Assembly (NCBI GenBank): GCA_028713935.1 | Contig: JAQTNI010000031.1 | Location: forward strand, 1 to 16,900 | Source: Candidatus Iainarchaeum sp. | GTDB taxonomy: Archaea; Iainarchaeota; Iainarchaeia; Iainarchaeales; GCA-2688035 | DNA length: 16,900 nucleotides | Reading direction: 5' to 3' | Shown here: positions 13,587 through 16,900 of the stretch, piece after piece | How positions within the stretch are numbered: position 1 is the stretch's first letter | Layout of the letters: each line of letters begins with the position of its first letter | Position numbers and translations under genes: made by a program | The notes under the pieces: model-generated | Seen by the model: only the letters and a program-made list of their open reading frames with translations | What the model was told of the DNA's origin: nothing | Database searches by the model: none

Positions 13587-13859
13587 ATGAAAAAGCAAAA
13601 AAATCCACGGGATTTTTCTGAATCAAATGCGAAAAGCCTTGAGAAGCAGATTATTGAATCAAACAAAGAAGAAAAGGGAGAACTGCTTTATTGCCCTGTT
13701 TGCGGCTCCACAAACCTGAAACCAATTATTTACGGCTTTTCAAAAGACAGCGCGGCTATTTCCCCTGAAATGAAATGCACTGATTGTGGCTTCAAAGGAT
13801 TTATGCTTAGCGCAAAACCTGATAGCCTTGTTAAAATAAGAAAAAACTTGAAAAAATAG
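13587..13859 (+). CDS. Small zinc-ribbon protein (CPVCG...CTDCG)
   Basis: 90 aa with two CxxC pairs 30 residues apart. It starts 4 nt after the valS stop, so it is probably co-transcribed. Confidence 0.5.
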   Translation: MKKQKNPRDFSESNAKSLEKQIIESNKEEKGELLYCPVCGSTNLKPIIYGFSKDSAAISPEMKCTDCGFKGFMLSAKPDSLVKIRKNLKK

Positions 13860-14401
13860 TCAAGGCACAAAGACAGCCGCCGCAATCACTGTTACCCAGT
13901 CATCGCCTTTTGTTCCAATGCTGGATTGCGTGCAATTGTAGGTTTTCACTATTTTGCCATTGATTTTGAAATACTGCTCTTTTTCCTTCCATTCAACTGC
14001 ATTCGGAGCTTCTATTCCTAAAATGCTTGAAAGCATGCTTGCAGCCAGGTCTTCAGCATAATCCCCCGCAGTTTGCTCTGTCTGGCCAAAGCAATGGTGC
14101 TCAGAAATATATCCGTGCTGGTTTTTGTCTGCAGGCTCTGCCATTCCAATTGCCGCAGCCATAAGCCTGTTCGGCTCATTGCTTTCGTTCCTGCTCATTA
14201 CGCAGAAAACAACCTGCCCAGGATTCAGGTGTTCAAGGCCGCTTTTCTTGCTTCAATCTGGCAGCCTGGCGGAAGAATGCTTGAAACAGAAACAAGGTTG
14301 AATTTTTCAATTCCCGCATCGCGCAAAGCCATTTCAAAGCTCATGAGTTTTTCCTTGTGGACACCAACGCCATTAGTGAAAAAAACTTTTTTTGGAACCA
14401 T
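13860..14401 (-). pseudogene. pdaD: Pyruvoyl-dependent arginine decarboxylase PdaD, split by a -1 frameshift (or a 1-nt homopolymer assembly error) near 14243-14246
   Basis: Two adjacent minus-strand ORFs are involved. The first reads [58 protein letters not shown], with the VSS|I self-cleavage motif. The second, in frame -1, reads ([18 protein letters not shown])MSRNESNEPNRLMAAAIGMAEPADKNQHGYISEHH...VTVIAAAVFVP. Adding one A to the AAAA run at 14243-14246 yields a continuous ~180-aa PdaD (..[23 protein letters not shown]..). Confidence 0.75.
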
Positions 14402-14503
14402 TGTATTCAATTGCAGCACCTCGTTCAAAATTACAAAATTTTTTTTAAAATAAAACAATAAATAAGTGGAAATAGTATAAAAACATTTCTGAAAAACTTT
14501 TTT

Positions 14504-15805
14504 TTAATTTATTTTCCTGAATTCTTTTCCCGCTGTTTCCGCTTTTTTTCCAAGAGTTTCCTCTATTTCCATTAACCTATTGTACTTGCAAACTCGCTCC
14601 CCTCTTGACGGCCCGACTTTTATAAAAGCGCTGTTTACTGCAACTGCAAGGTCTACCATTGCAGTGTCATTTGTTTCTCCGCCTCCCCGATGGGAAATTA
14701 TTGTTATCCAGCCGTTTTTTCTTGCCAATAGGCAGGTTTCCAAGGTTTCGCTTAAAGTGCCAATCTGGTTCAGCTTTATTATTGTCGCACTGCCGCTTTT
14801 TGTTTCAATTGCCTTTGCCAATCTTTTTGGATTTGTTGTTGTAAGGTCATCTGCCACTATTGCAACTTTTTTTCCAATTGCGGCATTGAGTTTCTGCCAA
14901 TTTTCCCAGTCGTCCTCGTGCAATGCGTCTTCAAGCATTATTATCGGGTATTTTTCAGCCCATTCTTCAAAAAGCCCAATCATTTCCAGGGATGAAAGCG
15001 CCTTTCCTTCTTTTTTCAGCCTGTATTTTCCATCTGAAAATATTTCCGAAGCAGCAATGTCCAATGATATTCCAACTTCCTGGCCTGCCTTGTAGCCAGC
15101 CTTTTCTATTGCTTCCAATATAAGTGCAATTGGCAATTCGTTGTTTGCCAGTCCGCTTGGTGCAAAAGCCCCTTCATTCCCGACATTTGCAGAAAGCCCC
15201 TTTTCTTTCAGGAGTTTTTTTAAGGAAAGATAAACTTCTATGCCGCACCGCACATTTTCTTTCACAGTGCCTTTTCCGATTGGGGAAACAAGGTATTCCT
15301 GAAAGTCAGTTGATTTGTCAGCGTGTTTGCCGCCTTCTATTGCAACCATCATGGGATTTGGCAGCACATATTTTTTAATTTTCAAATTAAAAGCGCCCCT
15401 AATGTAATCGTATAACTGCATTTTTTTTTCCTGTGCAGCAGCGCACGCAACTGCAACAGAAACCCCGAGAATTGCATTTGCGCCAAGGTTTCTCTTGTTT
15501 TCAGTTCCGTCCAATTCAATCATTTTTTTGTCTATTTCTTTTTGATTGAATGCGGACATTCCTTTTAATTTTGGGGCAATTTTTTTGTTAATATTTTCCA
15601 CTGCCTTTAGCATTCCTTTCCCAAAAAACCTGTTTTTGTCCCCATCCAACAATACAAAAGCCTCATGAGAACCCGCAGAAGCCCCATAAGGAACGGAAAA
15701 AAAACCGTTTGCCCCGCTTTCAAGGGAAACCTTTACTTCCAAAGAAGGGTCAGACCCGCTGCTCAAAATTTCCCTTGCTTTTACAGATTTAATCCTGCTT
15801 TTCAT
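14504..15805 (-). CDS. eno: Enolase (phosphopyruvate hydratase)
   Basis: 433 aa. IKSVKAREILSSGSDPSLEVKV...VPYGASAGSHEA...SHRGGGETNDTAMVDLAVAV...RGERVCKYNRLMEIEETLG contains the canonical enolase motifs end to end. Confidence 0.95.
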   Translation of the reverse strand: MKSRIKSVKAREILSSGSDPSLEVKVSLESGANGFFSVPYGASAGSHEAFVLLDGDKNRFFGKGMLKAVENINKKIAPKLKGMSAFNQKEIDKKMIELDGTENKRNLGANAILGVSVAVACAAAQEKKMQLYDYIRGAFNLKIKKYVLPNPMMVAIEGGKHADKSTDFQEYLVSPIGKGTVKENVRCGIEVYLSLKKLLKEKGLSANVGNEGAFAPSGLANNELPIALILEAIEKAGYKAGQEVGISLDIAASEIFSDGKYRLKKEGKALSSLEMIGLFEEWAEKYPIIMLEDALHEDDWENWQKLNAAIGKKVAIVADDLTTTNPKRLAKAIETKSGSATIIKLNQIGTLSETLETCLLARKNGWITIISHRGGGETNDTAMVDLAVAVNSAFIKVGPSRGERVCKYNRLMEIEETLGKKAETAGKEFRKIN

Positions 15806-15835
15806 TTTCCTGCCTTGTTAACAATCCAATTATCC

Positions 15836-15843
15836 TAATATAG
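15836..15843 (-). promoter_or_regulatory. Candidate TATA box for eno
   Basis: The minus strand reads CTATATTA, centred ~34 nt upstream of ATG 15805. Confidence 0.3.
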
Positions 15844-15877
15844 CAAAAAACAAATTATTAATTGTTTTTGTTGAATA

Positions 15878-16417
15878 TTAAGTTTCTATTTTGCAATAAT
15901 CAACCTCTTCATAGATTTTGCATATTTCTTTCGCTTTCATGGATTCATCCCAGGGGTAACTATTCAGTGCGGAAAGGATTTTCCAGAATCCGGGGTCTTT
16001 TATTGCAGTTATAAGTTTTCTTGCTATGGTAATTGCTTCTTCAAGATGATTCTGGCTTTGCATTATGTTTTTTGCCGCAGGGCACCATTCATCTATGCAA
16101 AGCCTGAGTCCCTTGTTAGATTTTCTCAGCACAAAAGGATAGGTTCTGCAATCAATGGGCCTGTGGGAATATATTGCGCACTGCCCCCCAATATCAAAAT
16201 TGCAGTCACAAATTTTTGTGCCTTTTCCCAAGGATATGCTTTTGTTGAAAATATTTTTTCCACATCTCTTTGAAAGGTATTCCTCTTCGTATGGGTAAAG
16301 AATCACATAATTTTTTCTTTCACAGCCATTGCAGTTCTTGCAGCACGGCACTCCACCAAAGCCTTTCGAATAAATATAATCATAAACCCTGAACAATGCT
16401 TCCTTGTCTGTAGCCAT
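15878..16417 (-). CDS. YkgJ-family (UPF0153) cysteine-cluster protein, putative Zn/Fe-chelating domain
   Basis: 179 aa. CCKNCNGCERKNYVILYPYEEEYL...CNFDIGGQCAIYSHRPIDCRTYPF matches the CxxCxxCC ... C.IY..RP..CR.yPf signature. Its ATG overlaps the upstream gene's TAA (TAATG at 16415-16419). Confidence 0.7.
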   Translation of the reverse strand: MATDKEALFRVYDYIYSKGFGGVPCCKNCNGCERKNYVILYPYEEEYLSKRCGKNIFNKSISLGKGTKICDCNFDIGGQCAIYSHRPIDCRTYPFVLRKSNKGLRLCIDEWCPAAKNIMQSQNHLEEAITIARKLITAIKDPGFWKILSALNSYPWDESMKAKEICKIYEEVDYCKIET

Positions 16418-16900
16418 TAAGATTCCTTCAATTCTTTCTGTTTTTTCTTTTCAATTACAACTCTTTTTATTTCAGGCAAATCCAATAATTCCTGTTTAAG
16501 GGAAAGCAGGATTGCAGTGTCAAGAAAAGAATAATCCGGCTTTGGAAACTTTCCAAGCAAAAGTTTTTGCACATCATTCCAATTTCTTTTTACATAAATC
16601 AGGCTCTTGATTTTTTCACTTCTCTTTTTGTTTTTTTCGGAAAAAGCCTCTTTAAGCATGGCGGAGTCAATTTTGCCGAATTTCCACAAATAATAAGCAT
16701 CAAACATCGCATCGTGCCCGACAAAAATTGTTTCTTCTTTTGAAAAACCGCGTTTTGCAATTTCTTCTTCAATCAGGATTTTCTTGAAAAATTCGTCCTG
16801 AAAAAAAGGGTTTTTTTCCAGCCCCTTTAAATGAACCTGCCTGTCAAAATCTGATTTGCCATTGATATAATCCGGCTCAACAAAAAAAAAGTTTTCTTCA
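16417..16900 (-). CDS. HAD-like hydrolase C-terminal part (5' end beyond the right window edge)
   Basis: The track lists only 16417-16707 from an internal Met, but the frame stays open to 16900: EENFFFVEPDYINGKSDFDRQVHLKGLEKNPFFQDEFFKKILIEEEIAKRGFSKEETIFVGHDAMFDAYYLWKFG. The K...(E/D)ETIFVG(H)DxxxD layout resembles HAD motifs III/IV. The assignment is weak. Confidence 0.35.
   Translation of the reverse strand, partial: EENFFFVEPDYINGKSDFDRQVHLKGLEKNPFFQDEFFKKILIEEEIAKRGFSKEETIFVGHDAMFDAYYLWKFGKIDSAMLKEAFSEKNKKRSEKIKSLIYVKRNWNDVQKLLLGKFPKPDYSFLDTAILLSLKQELLDLPEIKRVVIEKKKQKELKES

Noticed and set aside
14225-14246. Programmed -1 ribosomal frameshifting as the explanation for the split pdaD.
   Set aside because: This is not excluded. 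However, there is only a 4-A run, no canonical X-XXY-YYZ heptamer and no obvious downstream structure. A homopolymer miscall or a genuine pseudogene is more parsimonious, so it is kept only as a minor alternative.
14402-14458. N-terminal extension of the pdaD 5' ORF ([19 protein letters not shown]).
   Set aside because: PdaD homologs begin at the M-(V/I)-PKK-(V/I)-FFT.G motif, which is ATG 14401. The extension lies in A/T-rich promoter-like DNA.
1-16900. Search by eye for CRISPR repeats, tRNA/rRNA genes, integrase or transposase ORFs, and terminal inverted repeats.
   Set aside because: I saw no regularly spaced repeats, no tRNA-like T-arm/acceptor pattern, no rRNA-like segments and no ORF with integrase or transposase motifs. 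The only notable repeats are the nucS 3'-end copies and the short operators reported above.

Overview
AT-rich window that looks archaeal. A/T-rich TATA-like boxes sit about 26-30 nt upstream of many start codons, and it encodes NucS/EndoMS, an XPD-type helicase, pyruvoyl arginine decarboxylase, TrmB-type regulators and a compact 800-aa ValRS. A small-genome, DPANN-like archaeon is my inference. The left ~8.6 kb is an accessory/defence-type island. It holds a type I R-M operon in the order hsdM, embedded Shedu-like (DUF4263-type) nuclease, hsdS; the hsdS is absent from the ORF track and runs off the left edge. Next come a TrmB-like regulator, a 264-aa protein with an Rx4H HEPN-like motif, and a 42-aa ribbon-helix-helix antitoxin-like gene. 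After these are two tandem NucS paralogs, the second lacking a start codon for its conserved N-terminus. A ~2-kb segment follows, carrying an orphan 418-aa gene and a RelB/RelE-like pair, and it is bracketed by direct repeats of the nucS 3' end (PIP-box coding). The right ~8 kb is housekeeping: an AdoMetDC-like protein, XPD/Rad3 helicase, valyl-tRNA synthetase (TTG start), a zinc-ribbon protein, a frameshifted pdaD, enolase, a YkgJ-type Cys-cluster protein and a partial HAD-like gene. I saw no rRNA, tRNA, CRISPR array, integrase or transposase. All family assignments are motif recognition by eye and need profile searches to confirm.
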